Shown here piece after piece: positions 37,053 through 50,360 of a stretch of 64,000 nt of DNA. The stretch's first letter is position 1, and every line of letters starts with the position of its first letter. A model generated the notes under the pieces. The model did not search any database. It saw only the letters and a program-made list of their open reading frames with translations, and was not told the DNA's origin. The DNA is taken from NCBI GenBank assembly GCA_013265495.1, contig MU058221.1:5564066-5628065 (forward strand). The letters run 5' to 3'. The position numbers and the translations under genes are program-made. The stretch is from Vicugna vicugna. Lineage: Eukaryota.

Positions 37053-37182
37053 AGATAACCTCCTGACTCCAGCCCTAGACCCCGCAGCTGAAAGGGAGCC
37101 CCAAGGCCGGGCACCAGCTCCTGGCTAGAGCCTCTCCCAAGGCGAGTCCAGCGCACTGCAGACAAGCTGGCTGTTTACTCAC

Positions 37183-37218
37183 CTTTCCGGGTCCTGCAGG
37201 TGGAGCAGCAGGTACACA
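37183..37218 (-). CDS. REEP1: REEP1 alternative 36-nt microexon (long isoform)
   Basis: CCCCACAG|TG...AAAG|GTGAGT (consensus donor). Encodes (V)CTCCSTCRTRK. Symmetric phase 1. Confidence 0.85.
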
Positions 37219-38934
37219 CTGTGGGGACGGGGGCACCATCAGTGACATCCCCCACTGGACAGGAACCAGCCCCAGACAAACAGGGAGGCCCCAGGGAGGT
37301 GTGGGGATCCCAGTCTGTTCAATTTAGGGGTCCCAGGAATGTGGGTCTCTGTAGAGACACCAAGGTGGGGAAGGGATCATTCCAGATTCAGCTTCCTCTC
37401 AGGTGCTACAAAATGCCCTTGCCTGGCCCAAGAGGTCAGTCCTTGTGTCCCGCAGCCCGAGGGAAGGCAGGGGACGAAGTCAAAGTGTCCCCCGAGGAAC
37501 AACTCCAACTGCGCCTGCCCAGATGCCCCGCCTCTCTCTGTCTCCCAGGTCAGAATGACCTGCAGGAAACCTTCTCGGGCTGACCTCTGAACCCCCAAAG
37601 TGCTTAATGTCTTGCCATTTGGTCAAAGGCCCAGTTGGAGGCTGCCTCACACACTCCATTGGTCTCAGTGCACATCTGGGCCTTGGTATACAGTAGGCGC
37701 TCTCTAAATACATGCTGACTGTCTCCGAGTTCATGGAAGGCAAGGATCATTCTTTCAACTCCCTTTGTACCCTTCCTGGGATTCAATGCCAGGCTTTCAA
37801 TGAATGGTGTCTGACAACATACCTCCCAGTCCATTCTGCAGGGAGGGTGATGTCTTCTTGCAAATTGTACAGTGTTATTTTACACAATGGGCATAGATTT
37901 TTATTTTACATAAGTTGCTACATGATATCCTATTCGGTTTTGTACATGTTTGTACCAGGCATCATGCTTTCAAACTCAACCGATATGTTCACTGAAACTT
38001 GCTTCCAACTGGCTGCATACGACCCCAGGGTGGGCAGCCACTGCCTCTCACCTGTCCTCTCCCAGCCTGCCCTCAACACCTGCCACCTGCCCAGGGCTGG
38101 CAGACGACCTTGACTGCTCGCCTCACAGCCCTGAGACGCAGGCTGAATGGGGATTACTGTGCCTTTTCTTCAGAGGAAAAAGCGGAGGTGGCCTGGGCTC
38201 GTTTCCCGTGCCAAGGTCAAATCCTCTGGTGGCACTGCCCGAGGCATCGTTCTGAGGGAGGTTCTGAGGCTGAATCCAGGCCCAGTGGGAACAAGTGTGG
38301 TGGCTGCTTCAGGGACGTCTGCCTCACTGCATTGCATTTGCTGTCTCTGCACAGGCCCAGTGTCAGCCAGGCGGGGTGGAAGCCCAGACTCGGGGCTCTG
38401 TCCCCTACAGACCACGCCTGCGGTCCAAGGCCCACACTGGGGTGGGGGAGGGCACGCGAGCTGGGCCTCCTTTGGCAAAGCTCCTCCCTGGCAACGCGAC
38501 TCTCCACCTCCAGGGTGAGACGGCCCTTGAGCCTCTGATCTGAGTGCTTCTGCCCCACACCCAGGCCCTGGGCCATCTTTCACCTGTCTTTCGTTCTGAG
38601 AGGACTTTTATTTCAGGCCCAGAACAGCCGGAGGGGAGGGCCAGTTCTCCCCACCCTCCCGGCTGGGTCAGCACCTGCCTTCCCCACCCCCTGAAATCAC
38701 AGGTGCCACGGCCGAGGGCGGGCAGTGGGGAGAGCGGGTCACGTCGCAGTTCTGGCTCTCCGCGAGCTGCCCCCACCTGGCCTGCAGGACGGCCGCCAGC
38801 GAGCTGCCGCTGCCTCCCAGGGCGCAGCGGAGGGCGGGCGGCGGGGCCAGATCCAAAACAAACCAGCCCGAATCCGTTTCTGTCCAGTGCTCGTCTGGGA
38901 AGATGGTCAAAGCCCAGGGAATGCCTCCCATTGT

Positions 38935-39382
38935 CTTTTTTTTTTTTAAATCAAAATATACTTGACTTGCAATATTATATTAGTTTTAGGTGTACAGCAT
39001 AGTAATTCAATATCTGTACAGACCATACTCCATATAAGTAATTGTAAATAACCCTGGCTGTACTCCTGTGCGTTACATCCTTGTGACTTATCCATTTTAC
39101 ATATAGTAGTTTGTAGCTCTTAATACTCTTCACCCATTTTGCCCCTCACCCCATCCCCCTCCCCTCTGGCAACCACTGATCCGTTCTCTGTGTCTATGAG
39201 TCTGTTTCTGCTTTGTTACATCTGTTCATTTGTCTTATTTTTTAGATTCCACATTTAAGTGAAAACATACAGTATTGCCTTTCTCTGTCTGACTCATTTC
39301 ACTGAGCATAATGAGTCCAGGTCCCTCCACGTTGTTGCACATGGCAAAATTTCATGCTTTTTTATGGCTGAGTAATATTCCT
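38935..39382 (-). mobile_element. L1 3' fragment
   Basis: CCCTCTGGCAACCACTGATCCGTTCTCTGTGTCTATGAG...TTTTATGGCTGAGTAATATTCC. Confidence 0.85.
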
Positions 39383-41789
39383 CGCCTTTTAGATCCCATT
39401 GGACCTCTCTATCACTTCTGAAGCTGCCATGAATAATCCGCCAAGGGGAGGTCTAGGCAGGAAGCCTGGATCCCGGTCCTGTGTGGCCTTGGCACAGAGC
39501 ATGACCTCTCTGAGCCCACTTCCTCTACTTGGTTCACCTCTATAATGGCAACATAGACTCTCAGAGGGAAACGGACTGTAGGAGCACCCAGGCCCACTTC
39601 CCAGCCAAGGCAGGAACCCCTGGCTAGAGCTTGGTACCTGACTATTCAACTTTGGTAGGGGCCCTTCCAATGTCAGGGACCTTAGTACCTCACAAGGCAG
39701 CCAATTTCTCTCCTGGATACGTTCGAATCATAAAGCACTTCCATAGGTGAGTGAGACACCAACAGTAGGAGCTACCACACAGAGTGCCGGGCATGACCCT
39801 ACACGCCTTCACATGGGTTATTTCATTTGAATCCTCACGACAACCCTACAAATGGGACTTGCCATTCCTTGTGTTCAGATAAGCAATCTGAGGCGCAGAG
39901 AGGACAACCAGCTTGCCCAGGTCACACAGCTAGTAAGCCGCTACCCTCTTGGGGCTCTACCCCATGGGTTCTAGCTCTGCCCACTGAGTCTGGCAGAACG
40001 GGGGCCCTTTTTCCTTCCAAGGACAGCTCTCTTCCGGGACTAAGTATCCACTAAGCTGACCAAGGGTGGAGGCGAGATCTAACTCCATTTCACATCCCTA
40101 TTTCTGGGACAGTGCCCAGTAGGTCAGAGCTGTAGATGTTCCAGAAAACCTGATGGTCAGTGGGTGAGTGAACAGAATGCGCTGGCCCAGCAGTCAGGAG
40201 GCCACCGGAGAATGCCACCATCGGGTGACCCTGGTGACAGCTTTCTTCCCTGGGCCTTCGTCTCTTCATTGGTAAAGCCAGGGGGTTAGACTGAGTGAGC
40301 CTCAAGGTCCCTTGCTCCTGGCCTTTTGGGATTCCCTCCTCAGTTTCCCCAGCACAGGGTGGGGGTCCCTCAGGAGATAACCCCTACCTGAGGTGGACCT
40401 TAGCCCGTGGCCCAGCCTCCAACTCCCAGCCCTGCCAGGGTTAAAATATCTCCTTCCCAACAGAAAAGCCACAGTCTGCAATCCTGGGGCCGCAAGTCAG
40501 GGGGACATTCTGGAGAGGGGAGGAAGCTGGAGGACACTGCGCCTGGCTCTGAGCCATTCTCCTTTCCCTGGCAGGGAGCATGCATTGTCATCCCCACAGC
40601 AGCCATGGGGCTCCTTCTATTCCATCCATGTCTCAGACCCTCAAAATCAGGCGGGGTCTGCAAGGACCCAGGGCTCAGGACGGAGGTGCCCCCTGCAGGC
40701 TGCACCTCACAGCACACAGTCAAGGTCTATGTGGCTTGGACGTCCCTATTTATATATTTAAGGGCAGGTTAGCCACCTGCTACACATCACAGCCAGAGAT
40801 TCCAACAGTGGCCTAATTCCCATCCTTAGGCTCAATTTCCTACTGCAGGTGAGGGGTGGAGGTGGTGGTCCAGAACCGTCCCCTACAGCCCCTTTCCCAT
40901 CCTGAGAGCCAAGGTCTCTGTAATCTCCCCAAGGAACGGTCTGGGAAACCACGAGCCCTGGGCCAGCTCCCTACCCCCCTAATCCATGCCCCTACCTGCC
41001 AAAAGGCTGAAACCCACCGAAGGATCAGGCGTCAGTGGGTCCCCAAGGTGGCTGCACTTTGACGGCATCACACATCTGAGTCTCACCTACTGAGTCCCCC
41101 CGGGGCAGGCCCAGGAGCCCGCATGTTTAATAAGATCCCAGGTCTGTCCCAGCTCAGGTAGCCCTCTCCCAGGGGCAGACATCAAGGCAGAGGTGTGGTT
41201 TCCATGAAGCCCTGGCCGCCACCGGAATTAGACTCAGAGTTCATGTGGCCCCTGGCACGTGGTGGCTGAGGGTGTGCATGGTGCATGGGGGGGGGGCTCA
41301 GGGATGGGAGGAGATGGCAGAGTGAGAGAGAGGACAGGAAATACCATGCAGGGAAAAGGGGCCACGGGAGCCATAAGCCCTGGGTGGGAGGAGACACTCA
41401 GGTGCTCAAAACAGATAATCCCTCCAGCGAATGTGGGCTCAGGGAGGAAGAAAACAGATAAAGTTGCCTTGGCCCAGGTCCAGCTGTGCCTGTCACCTCT
41501 AGGCTTGGGCCATGTATCACCACCCAGCCACTCCCGAGCCCCGCAGACATTCAGATGGAGGAGGCAGGACCCTTCAGTGCAGGTGACTGAACCCTGCCCC
41601 TGATCCGAGTCCCCCAGGCCAGCTTCCTGGCCTGGCCTGAGTGGTGCTCTGCCCCTTGGCCGGCCTGGCATGGTCTGGATGGCTGTTGGTGGCAAGTCCT
41701 TGGGGCAAGGGCCACAGGGTGGCCTGGGCCTCTCTCAACGAAAGCAAAGCCTATGAGGTGGAAAAGAGGGGAAGGGAAGTGACACCTAC

Positions 41790-41967
41790 CTGAGCTGCCA
41801 GCGCTCTCAGAAGCACTCCTGGACATCTTAGGCTGGCCGTGTTTGCCGCTGGCCCGCCCGGGCCCTGGGGGTGGGGGGCCCGGGGGAGCAGGGGTGCCGT
41901 CTCCCCTGATGGTGGTGAGGTCCTGCATGCTGAAGCTCCGGAGTCTCTCCGATAAGGCACCCTGTCC
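41790..41967 (-). CDS. REEP1: REEP1 exon 6 (178 nt)
   Basis: GTGTCCAG|GGA...TCAG|GTAGGT. Encodes [59 protein letters not shown]. Confidence 0.98.
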
Positions 41968-44794
41968 CTGGACACAACACAGGGGGACGCACATGTCAGA
42001 GGCCTGGCCCACAGACCGGGGGCAGTTGTAGGGGGCAGAGGGAACTCTGACAGCCAGCAAAGTGGAGATCAAGACGTGGAAGGGTTCTGCGGGGGGCAGC
42101 TGCCCGGTGTGCTTGCTGGCAGCACTGAAGGGGTCAAGGCTTGGAACATTCTAGAGCCTCCCGTGGGCTCAGTAACTGCTCCTCTGGCTCCCGGCTCCTT
42201 CCTCTCCATGATAAACTAGAGCCTCGGCCAGGCCCAGGGCCAAGGAATGACTGCTGCCTGCCGCTCCCGCTCTCCAGGGCTGGTCTGCTGCTTCTCTGGC
42301 TTTCACACAAATCAAAATCCTTGCAGAGCGACATGTTTCTCTGTTCCCAGGACACACGAGTCTGGTCAGAATATCAGAACTTAACCATCTCTGTGCTCAG
42401 TCCTTACTCTTCTCAAAGGAAATAAAATGCAGACACTATTTTTTAAATGGGTGACAACAGCAATTTCTTTTATCTGTTCACGCGCCACATTTTCTTCCAC
42501 TGTCGCATTGGAGCGTCATAACATACCCCAAAGGTAATGAATCAGGAAGGGGAAAAACGATATTAAAAAACACAAAACACCCTGCTGAGTGTAACCATTT
42601 CATATTCAGAGAGCCACGAATTCGTCTCAAGGGGAAACTGTTCTTTTGTTTAGGAAAGCAAGATCAATCCATCATACTTATGAAAGGCAAGCTCCCCGCT
42701 GTCTAGATGACAGAATCTGCGTTGGAGAGTGAGCAGGACCATCACGGAGGCTCAGGGATGACCGCGTTGCTCTAGGTGTGCCTCGGGGGCTGGACAGGGA
42801 GATGTGTTTGGGTAAGAAGGGAACCCGAGGGGGAAGGGGCTCGTAGGAGACTGCGTTGTTGAGAACTGGGGCGGGATTTGGAGCAAGAGGCGAAAGGCAA
42901 TTAAACACCAGGCAAAAGGATAAAACCCGGGCATCTTCACAGTTGAGGGTGTGCAGACTTCCCATAGGTACCCAGGATGCAAGCATGGGGATGCAGGTGT
43001 CTTATTGGGATAATGAAGGAAACAGGAGTCCTAGAGGGGCAGAGGACTTGGGGACAACAGGCACAACAGACAGAACAGAACCAGCAAATCAGCACAACAT
43101 CAGCGAGGGCAGCTGGCAAGAGCTCCGGGCTGGCGGTGGGACTGACGAACCAAACAAGGGCCATGACAGCTTAGCAAGAGGCTTTCACAGAGGGTAGAAG
43201 GGTTTGGAGATGTTTTTCATTTAATTAAAAAAAAAAGTAATGAACATGAGCCAACAAAGCACAGCAATTCACTGAAATAACTTTAGCAAAAGATTCAGCA
43301 AGTGCAGGATGAGTTCATTAGACGGGAGAGCGGAAAACAAAGGAGCCTGCAGACAGGTTTAGAAGAAACACCAGAATGAAACAAAGGTGCATGAAAATGG
43401 GAAAAAGATAAGTTCTCAACCCACCCAAAGTATAAAAGAAAAACATATCTCAAGGAAGCTAACAACAACAAAAAGAAAATTGTTTAAATAATCATCAAAA
43501 AAATATATATATATGCAATTAGAATTCTAAATCCAGGCAAAGGGGTGTTTGAAGAGCATTATGTGAAAAAGGCAGAAATCATGCTGGTTGCGTCAGATAC
43601 TGCTCTGGAACGAGGGTTGGCAAGGGGTTTGAGGCTTCACCTTCTAGACATAACAGCTGGGTGCTCTTTGCCAAAAAGATGAGGGCAGGACCAGCTGCCC
43701 AGTATAATCCCCTCTAAATCCATCAGCCAATGATCTGTGATTATTTCACTCAGAAACACTTAAGATGACATCTAGAACTTAGACGAAATGAGATGACCAA
43801 GGAACAAACACTGATTCTGAGAAGAGGGAGCAAATATTCTGATAATTATAATGAAGTAATCAACACTAGGTTAACATTCAGGAAAACCACTCACAGATTC
43901 GCTCTTGCATTCATCCTTCTGTTTATTCATTTATCTGTTTGACAATGATTTAGCAAGGACCTTCCATGGACAAGACCCTGTGCTGGCTATATTAGGAAAA
44001 ATACCGAAAACACAGCTTGACATCTGACAAAATGTAAAAAGACAAATGGACAAATAACCACCCAGAATTGCCATCCCGGAAAGAAACGGAGATGTAGAGT
44101 CAGACCTGGATTCAAATCCCAGTCCCATCACTAACAGCTGGATGACCTCAACCTCTCTCCACCTCACTGCTCGCATCTGCAGAACCGCACCCACGTGGTA
44201 GGATGGTGGGGGGAGGAAGTGAGAGGCTGCTGCAAGATATCCGTTACAAAGCCCAGTGCGTATACATGTCCCACAAATGTCAACTAAGATGATGAGGTAC
44301 TGTGGCTCAGACACACAAGTTGCTGCTGAAATTAAGAAAAAAAAAATAGAAAGATCGTTTCTGGCCAAAGAAGCCAGGAGGGGCTTCACGATCCCAGCCC
44401 AGGTAAATGGTCAGGGGCTAACTCCACCACTGTGTCTGCCGGCTCTTACAAAGCCTCAGCAGCGTATCTGGGAGAAAGAAGCAGGAACTGCGCACACCCG
44501 CGTCCTGCGCAGCAGAGCACTCAGTTCCACCCACGGAAGCCAGCAGCCCAGCTCCAGCATCACTAGCATCATGAAGACTGGAAGTGGCAGAGGTCAGGAA
44601 GGGAAGGGAATAATAATAGCTCAGTATCAGTCTAGTCCTATCTCAGAAGAAATCACGGCAGCAGGGGTACAGGCTCTTGAAAATAAATCAGCCCGTATCC
44701 ATCAAAACAGCGTGAGACGGTTCAAATCAATATGGCGCTCTCGTTTGTAAACCTCTCAGCCCCGCTCAGTCTCCACTCAAAGCCTCATCTCCAT

Positions 44795-44934
44795 GTCTAT
44801 CCATGTTGCTGCAAATGACATCCTTTTATTTTTTATGGCAGCAAACCAGAAATTGACATGTTGCAACTGACAATACTTCAATTAAAAATAAATAAATAAA
44901 ATAAGGAATTTCTTTTTTTAAGTCCCCCCAAAAA
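44795..44934. mobile_element. Short L1 insertion with 5' inversion
   Basis: Antisense L1 piece joined to a sense L1 3' terminus and A-rich tail, flanked by a CCTCATCTCCAT TSD. Confidence 0.7.
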
Positions 44935-45562
44935 AAACCCTCATCTCCATTCACTTCCCACAAGCCTTGTTCCACCTGCCACTTCAGCTCTGCTCTGAGA
45001 GCTCGTTTTGTTACTCTGGGAACAACCAAGAGTTGTTGTCTGGTATTCTGCAAAACTGGGTTCCTTATTTTGGGAGAATAAATTTGGATTCCCGAAGTTT
45101 GGAAAAGCTTAAAAGCTTATTCCATAACTCAATGAGCCACATTACTGTATTAAAAGCTTTGAGAAGCCTTAGTGTTTCGGGTTGTATAACTCAGCATAAC
45201 CCAAATGTATTGACCACAGGGGGATAAACTGGTATCTGACCATCCAAAAGCCATTCCCAAACCCACTGTCGAAATGGTGAGAAAATACAGATCTCCCACA
45301 GTCCCTCATAGCTATGAACGGCCATGCGATGCAGTTCTAGCCACTGGGAGGTAAAGGGAAGCCTACTAAGGGATTTTCAGGAAAGATGTTCCTTCTCTCT
45401 GATATGCAGAAGGCAAAAGAAGATGTGACCCTGCAGCCTGCTGTCTCCTTTGAGTGTGGGAACTGCCATCTTTTGACAAGGAGACTCAGGGAGGTAGCTG
45501 CTCGGAGACTTGACAGCACCGAGTCACTGGAATACTGACAGTGCCCATCCACTCCTAGACTT

Positions 45563-45689
45563 TTTTGGGGGAGGGTAATTTATTTAATTCACTAACTTAT
45601 TTATTTTTAGTGAAGGTACCAGGGATTGAAGCCAGGATCTCATGCATGCTAAGCACGCTCTCTACCACTGAACTATACCTTACCCCCCT
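45563..45689 (-). mobile_element. Vic-1-type SINE
   Basis: Perfect 12-bp TSD ACTCCTAGACTT (45551-45562 and 45690-45701). Confidence 0.9.
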
Positions 45690-45711
45690 ACTCCTAGACT
45701 TCTTGGAAATG

Positions 45712-46366
45712 ATTTTCATCAATTACAAGACATAGATTTTTTTCATCTCTGAAATTGGCGTGGGTCTGACAATTGATCTTGTCTTATCCTTGTTGTCACT
45801 GCCTACAGTGAATACCCTTGGTTGTTATTCCTGAAGGCAAGATCTGAGAACGGAGACTCCTGACTGTTCACTGTTAACAAACCATTTAAGCCCCACTTGA
45901 AGAAACATGAGCCCAGGTTGTCTAAGACACATTGCACCAGCAAGAGGAAGAAAGTGACAAGATCAGAACCAGCAGGAGGGGTATCAGCAGCACAGATGAA
46001 AACCCCAGAGACAGCAGTCCGCATCACCACTGCCCTGGAAGGCACGGTGAGGGAGGCGGTGTGATCGCACACGAACACTGATGAACTGAGCTGAAAAGTG
46101 ACTCAGAAGGATCAGATGCTGAAGTGACGTTTAGAAACACCTCAATTTATTGTGCCTATGTTCCCTTCAATGCATGTACAAAAGTGAGGCACAGAAAAAT
46201 AACCACATCTACATGAGTTCAAGGAGTCTTTTTAATAAGTAGAGGTAAAAATTCTAAGGGAAAAATGTTACGTCTTAATTTAGTTGGCAGCATTTTCTTC
46301 CTTAGTGGTATGTGAGAAAACGACATGTCTCAGAAACCACAGCATTTTAGATTTAATGAAATATGG
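45712..46366. mobile_element. TcMar-Tc2 (MER104/Kanga-like) DNA transposon remnant
   Basis: TTTCATCAATTACAAGA...CATCTCTGAAATTGG at the left; inverted TTTTAGATTTAATGAAATATGG at the right. Confidence 0.5.
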
Positions 46367-47545
46367 ATGCATTTCTTGGAGAAGCTGTCTCTGTCTCAGC
46401 TTCCTGTCATATGCATTGTTCGTTTGTCTTCCTCCCCAGACTGTTTGTTCTACTTATTCACAAAGCCTTGGCATCTGCTACTCTACCAGATACATTAGGG
46501 GTCAAGGAGTTGAGTGCAGGAACATGTAGCCATTTACCAAGCAATCCCCTAAGTAAAGGGTGCAGCAGAAAATCCCTACCCACCTGCTCCGCCCTGATGC
46601 ATCACCAGGGTCCCAGACTTGAAGGAGTAGCCTATTAAATGGGGGCCTGAGCTCTGTCCACAAGGAGTGTATGAGAGATGCCAGAGGGCTGTAGGGTGCA
46701 AAGGACAGAGGGCACACATCTGGGAGGCACGGCATCCCGGAGGAGGCGGCATTGACCTGGCCTTGGAGGACTCAGGTGGGTGAAGATGGGGACCAGGTGG
46801 AAAGCGAATTATATTTCTGAGTATCTGTCAACACTCAGAGCTGCCTCTTCATTCCACCCCAGCTGAGATCACAGTTTTGTCTGCTAAGGAGACGGGGGTC
46901 CAGTTACACCGCGTTAATAGCCAAATGAATGCATTTGTGAAAGTGCCCGCTGAAAGGTTACAGGGTTTCTTTAAAAACAACAGTGCAAAGTGGAGAGCAG
47001 GGGCAGGAGTGAGACGCACTCTTCATTGTGTGCCCTCTTTTGTACTTTTAGAATTGTGCCCAATGAACAGGTATTACCTTAAAGAAATCATCACAATCTC
47101 ATTTTTAGAAAAACCCACCGCACTCTTCCAAGATCACCCTGAGGATCCCATTTTGTGAATTCAGGGCTTGCGGACAAATGCCATGTGGACCGAAAAAACC
47201 ACCTGGAACTATTTAAAACAAACAAACAAGAACGGAGAAGCAGTGTCTCTAGAAGCTGCCATGTATTCACTCTCCAGCCAGGTATTCGCCTCTGCTACGG
47301 GGGACACTGATCAGGTCGACTTGGTCTTGCTCAGCCTTCCAGTCTCACTGGGAGGTTAAAGTGTTGAACCAGATTCCCTTCTAATCAGAAAATTCTGAGT
47401 TCAAGACTCTATGGCCCTCTTCCATGGCTCATTATCGGGTTCTGATTGCAATTCTGAGATAGGAGTTTCCAGAATGATTTGAAAATCTCTAGAATTAATG
47501 TTGGGCCTCCCAAGGTACCCCTGATGAAAGATCAACAAACTCTAG

Positions 47546-47547
<2 letters not shown>

Positions 47548-47581
<34 letters not shown>
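47548..47581. repeat. (TG)n microsatellite, about 17 units
   Basis: Directly visible. Confidence 0.95.
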
Positions 47582-47583
<2 letters not shown>

Positions 47584-49799
47584 AAGTCTTGTATCAATTT
47601 CCTCCCCAGCCAACACTGAGTTTAGAATAAGAGCCACAGGAAAGGCTAAGAATTCTGGGGCCCTTTCATGAACCAAGGTCAGCCTACTTCAGGCAAATCT
47701 GAGCACCTGCCCCGGGACTGTCACACCACATGTCAGCACCGTCCTCAGCACCTCACCCCTGGAAGAACCTCTCCACAGCCCAGCCTCGTGGGACTGGAAA
47801 GGGAGACATGCTCAGCCTTCCATGAAAACGAAATCTCCTACTTGTCTTCAGTTGGTCCTGTTTTTCACATGCCAGAAAAAGTACTTTGGAGAGTGAATGC
47901 TCAGCCTGAACTTGTAAGCCAGGTTTAGATCCCTTGATGGCAAAGTTGCTTAGTATAGTTTTGCCATTTTAACATTTTTCTATTGAAGTGCTTAGCAAAC
48001 TTAATGATTGCTATGTTAATATTTTGTAAATGAAATGCGTTAATTAATTTTAATAAATTATTTAATTATATGTGTTGTAAAAAAACCTTTATTGTATCTT
48101 ATGCTTTGTTTTCTTCAGGAATGCTGTTATTCTGAGTATAATATTTTGTTTATGCTTCAGTGTATTAGTTATTCTGCATGTCTCCGTAACAGCTTAGCTG
48201 GGCTCTTGTTCTATCTGAATTTCCCATGTATTCCCTTCATACGTTATACAATGTATAATGTAAATGTATAATGTGATTATGTTAATGTGAACTCATCCAT
48301 GTCAATAAGAATGTTAACTTGTAAAAACTGATGAATCCCATGTATGAATTAAAAGATGCCAATAAATAAATGACTGTTGAAATTTTGAAATTAAAAAAAA
48401 AAGTATTCTGTTGTACTCTTGACCTCTTTAACCCCCCAGGATGCTATAAGCATGGTACCCAGTTTGCTTGTGGCTGCCCATGTATGTGCTGAACAGACTC
48501 ACCTTGCTGCCTTCTGGGCACGTCAGTACCATTTGGCCCCAGGGTTCTCTCCCGGCTGTGCTCATAGAACCCCAGAAATCCCACAGCAGTATCTTGGGGG
48601 CAAGGGAGGGTCATCTATTCCTGGTTATTTTAATCTTTTCTTTTTCCTCTTAGAAAGCTGGACTTTAAGAGGTAAACCGTGTCACTGAATTTTCTATTCA
48701 TCTGAGGTCTTTCATTCCTAATCCTTCCCCAAATTTGTGATGGATAAGTAAGCCACGTAGCCAACATATACCAAATTCTCTATATTTTGATACTTTTTTA
48801 GTCAAGGGAGGGGGTGTGTTCCTGGGAACACCCAGACCTTCAATAACCTGATATTCTAAGTAAAACAGTTTACCACTAATAGAGCACCTGCCATTAGGGC
48901 CCACAGAGCCCTGATTCTACACAGTCACTAAGTTTGGTTGTAAGCCCTTGATGAGGTCCTATTTTCCAAAGGGACACACAGGGGAAGGGACACAAGTCAC
49001 AGAGACAAAAGTGACCGGAGGAGGATCCAGCAGAGCCCAAAGTTTGGCCCACCTCACCGCACACGGTATCTAATGCCTGAGACGGGTGAGAATGAGAAAC
49101 GAGTCAGAAGGTTTTAGTGAGTCAGGCAGCTGGTAACAAAGCCACCAGCACAACCACATTTCCCACCAGTGATTCAAAAAGAGTTAGTACTTCCTTCTAA
49201 ATTCCCACGGACCACCCGCCTCGCCAACAGAGTTAACCTCTACAGCTACACATGCTCCACCCACGTCAAGGCCAAGCAGGCTCCCTCTCAACATGCTGGA
49301 CGAAGACAGGGGCCTCGTTTGTGACACAAAATTGGATTAACAAACAAAAGAGAGAGAGCATTTCTCCCACAACAGCATCAATCATCAAATTCAATTCATT
49401 CTCCAGGCATGAAACAAACAAACAAACAAACAAACCCAAATAAATTAATCACATGTTAGATGCTACCAGATGAACACAGAAGCTCTGGGAGGAGGCTGAC
49501 ATGGGCCCCCGGCTCCGGGATTAACACACACGTACACACACAGGTGTTGGCAGGAGAGACACCTGGCTCCGATCCAGACCATGTGCTGGTGGGCAGAGGT
49601 GGCTGCTGGCCTCTCTCCCCGGCTGGATCAGTTTGGAGTTAGTCACACCTCTCAACAGGGTTACCTGCCCTTCTCTGAGGTCCAAAGAGGAGACAAAAGG
49701 AAAGAGTCGAGCCACCTGATGAAGGGGAAAAGAAAAAAAAGCCATGGGCACCGAGCCTACAGGATGGGTTCTAGGGCACCATGCTGCCCTGGCCTCCTG

Positions 49800-50360
49800 C
49801 ACTCACTCACTGACCCGCTCACTTCATTCATTCATTTGCAGCCGACGCTGATGGAGAGTTCACGAAGCTCCAAGTGGAGTCCCGCCAGGGGAACAAAGAT
49901 GAATATGAAACACAACATGGTTCCTGCTCCCCAGGACCTCACAGTCTGGCTGGGGCATTGAGACACTAATGTGTACAAGACAGCAAATGACAGATGACAA
50001 AAACACATGACAAGTTCAGGGGACAGAGAGAGGGCTGTTGGCTGGAACCCCCGGGGGAGACCCCTCTGAGAGCTCTACCTTGAGCGAGGCAACGGCTGCA
50101 TCATCAGAAAGGGGGAGGGTGCTGGGCCAGCGAGGGGACTGAGAGCATGGCCAAGGTGTGAGAGTGGAAACCCCGGGGTGCATCTGGGAAACTGAGACGC
50201 AACCAGTCTGAGAAGAGGCTCTGGTGCCACAAGGAGCGGGAGGTAAGTCTAGAAAAACCACACTTCGGCTGCCTAAACGTGGACTTTGATGATCGCTCCA
50301 CTGGAGGTTTCTGAGTAGTGAGCAAAGTGAAGAAAGCAGGAATTTTTAGAGTCATGAGAA
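49800..50360 (-). mobile_element. L2 fragment
   Basis: TTCATTCATTCATTT start and GGTTCCTGCTCCCCAGGACCTCACAGTCTGG motif. Confidence 0.6.

Noticed and set aside
41861..41895. G-quadruplex-like G-runs
   Set aside because: They are the complement of proline codons in REEP1 exon 6 and are not on the mRNA strand.
34062..42425. Many 100-180 aa ORFs in GC-rich REEP1 introns
   Set aside because: Overlapping on both strands, Pro/Gly/Arg-biased, no recognisable domains; expected by chance. Only the exons listed are supported.
48238..48290. Resemblance to mitochondrial D-loop TAS repeats (NUMT)
   Set aside because: Only low-complexity TACAT/ATGTA similarity, with no adjacent mitochondrial tRNA or conserved blocks.
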